NCBI GenBank assembly: GCA_964016885.1
Contig: OZ024747.1
Span: 78,926,001-78,990,000 of the forward strand
Reading direction: 5' to 3'
DNA length: 64,000 nt
Origin: Eledone cirrhosa
Taxonomy: Eukaryota
Shown: positions 51,979 to 64,000 of the stretch, one piece after another
Layout of the letters: each line of letters starts with the position of its first letter
How positions within the stretch are numbered: position 1 is the stretch's first letter
Translations under genes and position numbers: made by a program
Notes under the pieces: model-generated
What the model was told of the DNA's origin: nothing
Database searches by the model: none
What the model saw: the letters and a program-made list of their open reading frames with translations, nothing else

Positions 51979-54900
51979 TACACTCGCATAGATTTCAGCT
52001 TTGGTGACCTTCCCAGCTTTCTATTCCTAAGCCAATCTTCCTCTAAGAAACAGCAGCAAATATGCAAGCCAGCTATTGGTTTATTTGCTTTAATATCAAT
52101 CTATTCTTGGCCACTTTTCACGCAGCTACAACCTGACAATATTTTTTCAGAGGAATATGTTGGAAAGCATGTACAGTTTAGCCCAACTATCACTGAGAAA
52201 TCATACCAAGAAAGAAAGAAAACAGGAAACAACTTTGATGCTATCTCAAATAACTATTTCAGGAAGGTAGCCATCTGTAGAAAACAGGTAATGAAAGAGA
52301 AAAAAAGTTTGATAGCTGCCGACATCCTGAAAGAACAAATTTTAGCGCCTAAGATTTTTAAGCTAAGGTCATTATTACCATAGTTCATGTTTGGAAATAC
52401 TTTCTTGCACTCCTAGTTAAGTATATAATAATTTTCATCCTGGATTATGTAATGAAGTAGCAGCAGAAATTCTTTCATTAGCATAGTTCTTTAAACTTGG
52501 CTTTTATCCATTCTAAGTAGTTTCAAAATATTTTTCCATTGACAGTAACTTCTTTCACTCTTTTTATTTATCTATTTGTTATTACTCCTGTTTCTACCTC
52601 TGCTTCAGATGTATGAAAGGCATGTGATGGTGAAAAGGATTTTAATTTCTCTCTATAGCTGAGTCATTTTATCATTCTTAACTTGTGTTGCTTTAAAATA
52701 TTTCTATATACATTTCCCTGTGCATACACACACCCTTAAATATTTGTGTACACTTGGATATTTACATATGGACAAATACATTGGAATGGGTAGGTTAAGA
52801 CTTTGGATTACTGATCACCATGGTATTGTAGTTATAACTCATTACATCCATTATGTTGTATTCTAAACCACTAGTTTTAGATCAGTAGTTCATAGCTCTT
52901 TCTGCTCATTCACAACAATTTTATTAATGGGCATTGAATATGGAGTTTATCCAATAGCTAGAGAGAAAGGAAGCAAGCATGCTCTGCAGGATGTATAATG
53001 GTAGTGTACAGGAATAATAAAGGCAGTGAATGAGCAAAGTTCTTAGAGGCATCATATTTAAAATGTCTTGGTATTTGTTCTAGCTCACTGCACTTTGAAT
53101 TCAAATCCCACTGAGGTCAACTTAGTTTTTCATACTTTTGCCATTGATATATGTTTCAGCCTGGAAAGGGATGGGCTCCAACAGGTTTTAAAATGCCCAA
53201 AACATGTTGTGTGTTAGGACAGCACTGCTATGATTCCATTAGGAGTTAAGGGACTTTTACATGAATGACAAATCAGAGATAAGTTGAGAGAAAAACTGTG
53301 TATAAGATTAATTATATGTGATGAGCAGGAGAGCAGATGGCATTAGTACAGAAACATAGTGTGTATGGATGATGCTGTTGTGTGAAGAAGTCCCAGGAGT
53401 TCCAAGTGTAAGTTGTAGAAGAGCATGACCAAGAAAAACCTAGGCAGTGGTGAGGAAAAGTGATCTCAAGATGCTAAACCTCACAACAAAAAAAAGATGA
53501 CAAGAAGAAGCAAGTAGAGGAATGCTGTATTGTAGAAGACATGTCTAACACATGTAAGCATGGATAAATGGATATAGGAACAACAATGATGATATAATTC
53601 TAAGTTAGGGTGAGGAACCAAACTGTGGACTTCTGATGATACTCACCTGATTGATATAACATTGTAAAGATTAGATGAGACTTTAGAAAAGAATCATAAT
53701 TGTGCCATGATATGCATAGACATTAGAGTTTAACTCTCTGAATAACAACGTGCTCAAAACCAGTCCTGGTTCTATGAAATACAACCAGCTGTTTTAAAGG
53801 GTTCATGTTTAAATTGAAATTTTCCCACATAATTTTATACAACAACCACATGTTAAGTAATGAAACAATTCATAATTTTAGTCAATCTCTCAAAATTCTT
53901 CATTAATTAATTGAAAGAGATTTTTATTTGATTATAAATAGGGTCATGAAAGGGTTAACTATGTACTTTGAATTTATTTTTCTGAACTCTTAGAGAAAAT
54001 ATGTCAGTAGGCTAATTTCAGAGGGAATTAGCCATTGAGGCAAAAGTATATAATTCTACTCTACCATTTGTATGGAGCATAATGATAAAATTATGGTAGC
54101 AGGGAAACATGATACTTCAATCAGCATAATAATAAAATGTAATGACATTAAAAGATAACATTTTGATGGCAAATAAGGGAACTCTATGAATATAATGAAG
54201 TTTGTCAAAACATAATTAATGGAACAATGAAATTAACATTATGTGTAGATTAATTTGGTTTTATTTTTAATTCATTCATAGAACATAGCATAATGTTAAT
54301 TGAGTATCTATCATACACTAATGCCTTACTTGAATTGGGACTACTTAAGCATTCCCAGTCTATTTTTAATATAATTTAGGCTGAGTGTGTCTGTTTTAAA
54401 ATAGGCACACTGTAACTCTGTGTCATAAGGAATAACTAAAAGGATTGGCTTCATGACGAGCACCTAGTTGTAAAAACACTGCTTCAAAAATTGCCATCCA
54501 ACCCATGCCTTTATGGAAAAGTCAATGTATAAATGATAATGATGATGATGATCATGATTGAACTTTAAATGTATACTGCTTCTTACCCAGTTCTCATTCA
54601 CTAAACACAGCTGCCTTAGGACAAGGTATCATCTTCCACATTCCTCCCCATCGGTCAGAGAGGGCTATTCAGTCAAGTCAATTACCATCAGCCTCCCTAG
54701 TGCTTGGGGAATGACAAATTGCACCTAGTACATTCTATAAATTGGTTGGTGTTAGGAAGAGTATTCTGTCAAAAGTCTTAAGAGGACTCTTCAGTTGCAT
54801 CAAATGCATGACAAACTCCTTAGTGCTAGTGCCATGATAAAATGCACTCAGTATACTATGTAAAGTGTTGGAATGTATGTATATGAGGTGTGGCAGCTAA

Positions 54901-55091
54901 ATCATCTGTGAAGATAGTAGCCTCAATTGAGTGCTTACATGTTCTGTGACAACCTGTCCAACTTATGGTTGCATGTGAAAGCAAACAAACAAGATAACAT
55001 ATGTATGTATCTATCTATTTAAATACACACATATATACATATGCACATACATATAAACATACATATGCACATATATATATATATATATATA

Positions 55092-55360
55092 TCGTCATCA
55101 TCATCATCAACGTTTTACGTCCATTCTTCCACGCAAGCATGGGTTAGACGGGTTGTCCTGTTGTGGGCAGTGTCCGGTCGGCTGACCTTGTCTTGCTCAT
55201 ACGGGAACTGATTCTGGCTTTATTTCTACAGCTGGATGGCCTTCCTAACCTCATTTACAGTGAGTGCTGGGTGCTTTTTTTTCATGGCGCCTATACGTCC
55301 ACTTTTACAGTGTGGGCTGGGTGCGTTTTTGCTATGGCACCTCCACGATCACTTTGCAGT
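55092..55360 (-). mobile_element. RTE 3'UTR copy
   Basis: Closely matches 58446-58720. Confidence 0.88.
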
Positions 55361-55924
55361 GGAATGATAGGGACCCCAGTCCTATCATCTCATTTCTACA
55401 GCTGAGTAAACTGGAGCAATGTGAAATAAAGTGTCTTGCTCAAGGAAAGAACACATCACCATATATATATATATAAGCAGAATAAATGGAGGAGAATGTA
55501 ATACATTCAAAAACAAAATTTACATCTTATATGGTCTTTCATCTACTCAATATCAAAATAACAGTTCATGCATATATGTGTGTGTATGCACGAATATACA
55601 TTGCTATACATTGCTATATATATATATACATATATACATACACATATATAAATGTAGGTCAAGTTAATTCAATGAAGCACATCTAATAATGTCAAAGCTA
55701 GATTTTAACACAAGTAAGTTATTTATAAATACAATGTTTATAAATTAGAAATATAGTTATTTAGTAAAACATAAAACTGAACAGAATAAATATATATGTC
55801 TGAATAGAGATTGCTGCACATATGCACAGTTTGTAGAATTATGTTGTAAAAACTAATAAGCACATAACACCCACTCAGGCAACCAAAATAGACAACACTC
55901 ACTCAAGCAACCAAAATATATACA

Positions 55925-56450
55925 TCTATATATCTAAAACAGAGAATGTCTGTCTGTCTGACTCCCTAAAACTCGAGAACCACCCAACCGATTGTTTTCA
56001 AACTTTACACATGTAATACTTATGGTCCTGTGAGTGTTTTAAGCAAAAAAAATTTCAAATTTTCAATGCCCTAGGGACCACATTAGGCGATTTAGCGATC
56101 TCTCTCTATAATTCTTATCTTTCTTTTTAGATAGATACATAGATATAACGTTGCGTCCTTATAATATCTGTCTGTATGTCTGGCTGTCTGCATTACGACA
56201 TTATGACGCTATATGTGTGTGTGTGTATATATATAGTGTGTGTATATATATATAGTGTGTAATGTTTTTCGAAATATTTACTTCTGCATTCACAGATTCA
56301 TTTTTTAGTTTCAGAAGATCCCGTTAAGGGTGAAAGCAGCAATTTCTTTGCATACACAATAACAAAATATAAACGTATTTATTTCACAAGGCTCGATAAG
56401 GATAAATATATAGAGAGCAAATCCCGAGCAACGCTGGGCCATTCTGCTAG
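55925..56450 (+). mobile_element. Non-autonomous Helitron, complete
   Basis: Inserted at A|T; 5' TCTATATATCTAAAA..GTCTGTCTGTCTG..AACTCGAGAACCACCCAACCGATT; 3' hairpin CCCGAGCAACGCTGGG followed 8 nt later by CTAG|T; no TSD. Confidence 0.88.
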
Positions 56451-57197
56451 TATCTTACTAAAGTAGATAAACACCCACTCAATCAACTAAAAGTAGACAT
56501 GAATACATAGGTAAACATTACTAACTATAGAATGTCATAATTCTTTTTTTCCAATATAAATTTCAAAAGGTAAAAGATTTTGTTGTTGTTGTCAATTCAG
56601 CAACCAATTAAACTCTGACACCAGCCTGGTAAAAACTGCCTCTGGTTCTATGAAACAAAACCATTCACTTTAAAAGTTTCTTATTTAAATTATAATCTTC
56701 CAAAGTAATTTGAAATAAGAATTTGTTAAGTTTTGTTTAAGTACTACTTTAATAATGAAATAATTAATCATTTTAATAAATCCCTCTAAATTCTTCATTA
56801 ATTAATTGAAACACTGTATGCCATTAAAGATTTGGTAATGAAAGTGTTAAATCTTAAAGACCAAATCATTTTTCCTGCCTGGCATCACTCATTTATTCAC
56901 TCAACCTTTAACCCCTTTTCACAACAAACCACCTGAAACAACCCTGGTTCTACAATACAAAACTGTTTATTTGTTTATATTTTCTATAAACCTTCCATTA
57001 TAATTTTGTGTAAGAACATTTGATAAGTCTGTCCCAAACTTAATTAAATAGCGATATAATCTTAATTTATTGAATGTAAAAATATATCATGTAAGTACAA
57101 TTTAATAGAAAAAGAGAGAGAAAAAAATAGATTGAGAAGAAAGAATGGAATGTAAAATAAGAGAATATTAAAAGAAATGAAAAAGGAAGGGAAAGGC

Positions 57198-57279
57198 AAG
57201 GGTTCTAATTATGAGAAAGTCAGTTATATTACTAAATCAAGGGCTCTAATAATGAGAAAGTCAATTATATTACTAAATC
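57198..57279. repeat. 41-bp tandem duplication inside a family B MITE
   Basis: aagggttctaattatgagaaagtcagttatattactaaatc / aagggctctaataatgagaaagtcaattatattactaaatc. Confidence 0.9.
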
Positions 57280-58445
57280 ACTCCAAATTCTTAATTATTT
57301 TGAAAATGACTTGAAAATCATAGGTAGCATTTTTCATTAGAAATATGATAATGAAAGGTTTCAAATTTCTTTTGTTATTTTAACTACAGAGGAAGAATAC
57401 ACCAACTACTAGTGTATTTTGAATGAATAACATATTCAGCCAGCAGTAGTTTTTTTTATTAATTCTACTTAATTTCTTGAAGGAGAAATGGCAAAATCAA
57501 ACATATTCTCAAAACACATTAAGTTAGACAGAATCAAGTATCTTCTGAAATCTTCACCATTGCCCTGGTGTGTAAAACGTTTTAGTGTCAACTCTTGTAG
57601 AATGTAAACACACAGCAGCAATCAATGTAAAGTGATAATTCTCACATTGAGAGTGAAGATATTTTACTACGTTAACACAGTGTAGATGATTGTGAGTAAA
57701 AGATGTGAGTGGAGCACAAGAGGGGATATTATATTAAAATAATAGCCTTGATGACAATAATCAAACAATCATAGAAATTCTAATAATTATAGCCTATCAA
57801 ACTGTTATGCTGTTATAAGTGACATGATCTATATTGAAGAAAGTTTGTCAAGAAATATAATGAAGGGAGACCTATTACTACTAGCCAGCTGGTGAGTTCT
57901 TTTTATATAATGATAATGGATGCATACACATACAGTAAGTATTTTGTTTATTAGTGTAAAATAATGACTGTTATAGCAAACACCTTTCCTTAGATATATG
58001 TAGTACTTAGAAATGTTAAAAAGCATCAAAACCATGGAATTAACAAGAACCACTTCAGAATCAAATATATATAATTAAACTATATATCTAGAGAGAAGGC
58101 TATACTACTATTAATATTAGAAATAAATATTTCATAGATATTATGAGAATATTTCAGATATTATGGGAATATTTCTTTGTGTAAGATTTTAGAAAGGTCA
58201 ATGAAATAGAAAGTTTCAGAGTGATGTTGTATAAACATGTAAAAATAGCTTGATCAGAATGACATAGAAAATAAGTCAAGGTACATACATTGCAATAAGC
58301 ATATTCTATGTATCATATCTATTCTATGTATCTACGTAGAAAAAAGTACCACTGCCATTAACATAGTTATACTAACCATTGCAGACAATATTAAATGCTA
58401 AAATATATGCTATAATATCTTAAACAAATGTTCTAATTTTCATAA

Positions 58446-59200
58446 TCATCATCATCATCATCATCACCGTTTTACGTCCGTTCCTCCATGCTAGCATGGG
58501 TTAGATGGGTTGTCCTGTTGTGGGCAGTGTCTGGTCGGCTGACCATGCCTTGCTCATACAGGAACTGATTTGGCTTGATTTCTACAGCTGGATGCCCTTC
58601 CTAACACCAACCTCATTTACAGTGAGTGCTGGGTGCTTTTTCGTGGCGCCTACACGTCCACTTTACAGTGTGGGCTGGGTGCTTTTTTGCCGTGGCACCT
58701 CCACGACCACCTTGCGGTGGGGATGTGTGGGGGCATATTGTCTATATGCTTCAGCTTGTACCCATGGGAGGTCGGGTACTCTGTATTACTGCGTGACGCC
58801 AGAGGTCACGGTCGTGTGTCATTGCCTTTGAGAGGTGTAATTGGGTAAGGTCGGCTTTTATCACCTCATCCCAGGTCATCTTGGGTCTCCCCACTCCGCG
58901 GTTTCCATCGACTTCTAGTGCTCTGCACCTTTTTATGCAGCTGTCATCCTTCATACGCATCACATGTCCATACCAGCGCAACCGCCTCTCCTGCACGCAG
59001 CATTTGATTCCTCTTATGCTCAGTCTCTCTCTCAATTCATTTATGCTTTGTCGTTCACATATATTACTGTTACACATCCATCAGAGCATGCAGGCTTCGT
59101 TTCTCTCTAATCTACGTAGGTCTTCCACCTTCAGCGCCCAGGTCTCACTACCATGCAACATCGCTGTTCGGATACACACATCATACAGTCTGTCTTTCAT
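58446..59200 (-). mobile_element. 5'-truncated RTE LINE
   Basis: RLYDVCIRTAMLHGSETWALKVEDLRRLERNE...ELRERLSIRGIKCCVQERRLRWYGHVMRM..GRPKMTWDEVIKADL..DRDLWR; 3'UTR and (GAT)n tail; ~16-bp duplication at the 5' junction. Confidence 0.93.
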
Positions 59201-61408
59201 TCAGTCTGCCTTTCATTTTATGAGGAAAAGATTTAAATTTAAAATAAAAAGATTCAACTATTAACAAAATTCTATTACTTTGTGTACAGCTTAATTCTTT
59301 GGAAAAGTTATAACTACAATTTTACATGAATGATAAAGTTATGTTGATTTCAGTTTTAGTTGATAGTCAAACACAGTAAAACAATATTCAGAACTACAAG
59401 TTAAGTTGAAAATCCAATAAAACTTGTCAGTTTTTTTTTTTCTAACAAATACTTTATTCCATGCAGAGATAGTGATAGATTCAATACAAATTTAGCATAT
59501 TTTAGGGTGGTGACCCATTTTTTCCTCATGTCTGATACACAGAAAGAATTATATTACATCCAATGCCAGCTAAGTTACTGAATGAAACTGTTGTTTCTGT
59601 ACTGTATTAATGAGTTAAGTTCTGAAATTCCTTTAGTTAGACTTTTAACTTTGTAAGGAAGAGATTGCAACGGAAAAGAGTGGGTGTGGAGCGAATATTG
59701 TAATAAACTTTCATATAAGAAAATATTGTTTACCCCAAACTATATACACGTGAACAAAAATTGAAAAATTATATCTGATTCCAAAAGTTAAATAGTAAAA
59801 GCTTCCAGGATGTGATCAAATTACATTAAAGTCAAAATAACATGATTAGAAACTTTAAAAGATCGTAAATTAACAAACTAAATTAAAATATATATATATA
59901 TATTGCTATTCTATCGAAAACAGAAATAGTTTATAATTAATTACTTAGAAAAAGGGAAAAGAAAGGAGCTCATTGGATCTAGGAAATTATGTTTCAATTA
60001 GTTATTCCTGACAGTCAGCAGAAGGGAGTGGAATTTGAACTCAGAACATATAGAGTGATCAGATATAGCAAAGCCTCCTGCCCAATTCTTTAACAATTCC
60101 ATCAATCTACTGCTCATGGCTGCTATTATTTATCAGCCCCAAAAGGCTAGAAGGTAATGTTCACCTCAGTGGAATTTGAACTCAAAACAAATTATTTCTT
60201 TGGAGCTGTAGAAGGCCATCACAGACTATAAGCTGAAGATAAAAATATCATCTATAACTACTACTGGCCCCATGTATTATAAACTTTACTCTTTCGTTAC
60301 CACATTTCTAATAAAAGGCACTACCTGTGATTTTCAAACAATTTGGAAAATAAAAGGGATTTAATAATACTAATTTAGTATTACTAACTTTCTTGTTATT
60401 AAGCTGGTGTTTGGAATAAAACTTAACATATGATGGACGGTTTTTAGATAAATATAAACATTTGAAAATAAACAGTTTTGTATGATACAACCACAACAAT
60501 TTTGTGTGGTTTGGTATCCACAAAAGATGGTTGAAAAGAAAAACATTGTTTAAAAGATTATTACGATAATAATCTTGACATTACAAAGAAACCAATAATG
60601 TGAGAATGCATCTGGGAATGGTGCTATTGTATAAATACAAGATTACTGTATCCTGGTTTTCCTGAACCCAACCAAACCAATATGAATAAAGAAAAACAAA
60701 TTTAATTTTAAAATAAAATTTAACCCTTTTGTTACTAAATTTCTCATGAAAGACACTACCTATGATTTTCAAATAATTTTGAAAAAAAAATCAATAATTT
60801 GGAGGCTTTTAGTAATATAATTAACTTTCTCATTAATAATCCAGAGTTTGGAACATGACAAATGTTCTTACCTAATAGATATAAAAAAAGTTAAAACAAA
60901 AAGTTTTACATTGTAGAACCAGGAGCAGTTTCTGGCAGCTTATTATTGAAAGGGTTAAGTTACAAACAAAATTCTATTTCCTTTTTGTATATAACAATTC
61001 ATCTGAATTATCAGAGCAACATTACTGTTTTCTATAATATTCCATTAATTCCATCTTTCAATTTTGTACTGACCTTTGAGCCATCAAAGGGGTCAATCAT
61101 CTACCTCCAATCTGATACATTCCATAAACTATTAAAGGCAACAGATTGAATTTACTTCAGCATCTAAGTATATCCATTCTTCTATACTATATGACTAAAA
61201 CATCTTCCTCTGTGGCCAAATATCATTGAAAGATAGTAAGTTAAGAATAAGTACAAAGAACACTAATATATATATCTACTACCAATACTGACACATTCAG
61301 TCACTTATTTACAACTGTAGCTTTCTGACAGAAGTTGTTAGGTGGTATCCAACTTCCCTTGGCATATCAGCCCTAAACCACAACCTCCTCCAGCTTGTGG
61401 GTCAGCAA

Positions 61409-61600
61409 TAATTGTTTTATCTTTTGGCACAAGGCCAGCAATTATTCCAGTACATTACTGGTACTTTATTTTATCGACCCCGTAAGGATGAAAGGCAAAG
61501 TTAACCTCGGCGGGATTTGAACTCAGACTATAAAGGGGCGTAACTCTTTGCTGCAAAGCATGGCGTCCGACCTTCTACTGATACTGCCAATTCCCTGCCC
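61409..61600 (-). mobile_element. SINE family A with 11-bp target-site duplication
   Basis: TGGGTCAGCAA at 61398-61408 and 61601-61611 flanks a full copy. Confidence 0.95.
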
Positions 61601-62039
61601 TGGGTCAGCAAAAATGGCCAGGCAATCACTGCTAAACTACTAGTAACCCCCCCCCCCCCCCCCCCCCCTCTCTGACTCTCTCTCTCTCTCAGAGCTGCAA
61701 TTGTCTTCCATACAGATAATGGTCAAGAAATCTCTGCAGCGAACCTCAACTGGAAACAGCCAGGCCTGCCATTGTTGATAATGATAGAGTTAATAAAAAC
61801 CTTACAATGAAGAGATCATTGGCGGTAAGCAACCAGGTGAAGCAATAGAAACAATATTAATACAACAAATATCCAACAAATTATCAAATACAATAATTAG
61901 TCTGGAAATAAACATGAAAACCAAGAAAAAAAAGAAGCCAAACCTAATATTTAGAAAACAAAAATGAAAAAAAAAATGTTAAAATCATTCTTTTATGAGA
62001 CATTTAGTTGAAAGTTGTAGAATAATTTGTTTTGTGATG

Positions 62040-62210
62040 ACAACTACTACTAATACTACTACTACTACTACCACCACTACTACTACTACCACCATCACCA
62101 CCACCACCACCACCACTACTACAACTACCACCACTACTACTACTATCACCACCACCACTACTACTACTGCTACCACCACTACTACGACTACTACTACTAC
62201 TACTATTATT
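62040..62210. repeat. (ACT/ACC)n trinucleotide repeat
   Basis: Direct reading; source of the poly-T and poly-V ORFs. Confidence 0.95.
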
Positions 62211-63799
62211 GTTATTTTAATAACAACAAACTAAGGTATATTCTTTGTTGTATGGAAAATCATAAAAGAAAAAAAAACTGATCCAATATAAAGCTCTACA
62301 GATATATCACATTCATTAATATGATAGAGACCTATGTCCTTGCACTGATAACATTACACTGAATACAATCTGAAAATAGATGGTGAGAGCTGTTGAAGAT
62401 TGCAGCTGAAAATAAAATCTAAATATTATGGTTTTATTTGCAGGCTCTTACCTGGATATACATTCAATTATCTGCTTGCATATAAAAGTGTGTGTGTGCT
62501 TGTCTTTACATCAACACACTTGTTTTTCCAATGCACATGATGGCTAATCTATAATTTAGAAAACTCTGCCACACACACACACACAATTACACACACACAC
62601 ACACACATATAGAGTTGTAACATTTTATTTTTACGACAGCTATAAAAAAAATATGTAAATATCTCACTTAGAAAGAAATTATTATTGTTTTGTATTATTG
62701 CAAAATAAAACAAAATAAAATTATAAATTATATAATTAAGAATGACCTGACCTGAGAATATTGAGAGTGAAAGGAAACCTAGAGAATGAACAAAATAGAA
62801 AAATATAATTAAACTTAATCTAAATTTGGAAACAATAACTTGATATGGGCTGTATATAGCCATGACATTTGATAACTAAAATCAATTGTCTCTTCCTAAA
62901 TTGAGGATGCTAACTATTAAAAGCACAGGTCAGTCAATTAAAGTGATTTATATCCTTTTGGAATATTGATCTTTCTAACTGGCTGAAAAGCATTTGCATA
63001 ATCTAGTAGATAAGACATTTGCCAAAGGATGAGTAAGTTCTTTATTAATTTGCAACAAAAAACAAAAGGCATATTATTGTATTAGTCATAAATCTGAGTT
63101 AAATCTATCAAGATAACAACAAAATTTTTTCCTCGTAACTTAAAGTTTCAAATAATTAAAGATGTCCAGTATGGTTTATCAGATAAAGTATATCATGGTG
63201 AAATAAAAGAAACAAGAGCTGTTTTCCCCAATATTCAATCCAAAAGCTATAGAAATGAATTACAGTTCTATCTCCAGGTAAAATGGTAATGCCGGTCCCA
63301 TATATGAATCTTCATAACATTCATTACATGATCAATGATCATGGTAAATAGGGAAGGATACAATAAGTCAAGTTTGTACTTTCCTATCATTGTGTTACAT
63401 AATCACAATAAAAAATTGTTTAAATATTAACCAAAATGAAAGCAAAAACTACATCTGTTCAAGACCCTTATATATGAGTACCTAAGGTATGTTGATTGTT
63501 TGGAGGAAGCATAAGGTCAAGTTCTCTGGAGGTTGAAAAAACTCAAGAAAAGAAGTTTTCTCTCCAACATTAAATGAGGCAGCCTTGTGCAGAACTGTTA
63601 AGTTTTTTACAGCTATTCTTTTTTAAATATTTTCCAATAGTGTATGTACAAAACCACATTAAAACTGTATAAAATGCAGCACCCCACCCTGTGTATGGTC
63701 AGACTTTGAAGGTATGAAGATGAGTTGCTTTTATTTTTTATCTTTTCAAATCTGTTCAACCCAATCCAAATGGGGAAAATAATTTGGCAATAGTGATAA

Positions 63800-63990
63800 T
63801 TATGGCCAGCAATTTGTGGGGAGGATGAAATTGATTAAAATGACCCAGTACTGGCACTTTATTTTATTGATCCCAGGAGGATGAAAGGCAAAGTTGACAT
63901 CAGCAGGATTTGAAACCAGAACCTAGATGACCATAATAAAATATTGCAATACATTTCATCTAATACACTAATGATTCTGTCAACCCACTG
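63800..63990 (-). mobile_element. SINE family A, diverged
   Basis: ggccagcaatt...actttattttattgatccc..ggatgaaaggcaaagttgac..gatttgaa. Confidence 0.8.
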
Positions 63991-64000
63991 TTTAGTGGTA

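Noticed and set aside
57146-57160. TGGAATGTAAA resembling miR-1
   Set aside because: Only an 11-nt match in a purine-rich tract with no hairpin.
61985-62234. Poly-Thr (mucin-like) and poly-Val ORFs
   Set aside because: Trinucleotide repeat with no splice signals or flanking coding context.
63328-63344. Palindrome CATGATCA-A-TGATCATG
   Set aside because: Short and isolated, with no supporting context.

Overview
AT-rich, repeat-dense animal genomic DNA. The repeat repertoire (tRNA-head SINEs, CORE-type SINEs with microsatellite tails, RTE LINEs with (GAT)n tails, abundant TA/CA microsatellites) strongly suggests an octopus or other coleoid cephalopod; this is recognition from memory, not a database result. 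No intact protein-coding gene is recognisable. Almost all tracked ORFs are microsatellite or repeat artefacts, and the only real protein homology lies in broken non-LTR retrotransposon fragments (L1/Tx1-like, several RTE, R4/Dong-like, CR1/Jockey-like). DNA elements include two TTAA/piggyBac-type MITE families, a mariner-type MITE, a CGTG-terminated MITE and a complete non-autonomous Helitron. The most interesting signals are (i) a well-formed type I hammerhead ribozyme with a palindromic stem III at 50283-50349 (-), (ii) a variant hammerhead-like module (CAGAAGA core) present twice, once as cargo inside the Helitron, and (iii) a sharp mosaic of CpG-retaining versus CpG-depleted domains pointing to unmethylated promoter/regulatory blocks at about 24-27 kb and 30-37.6 kb.
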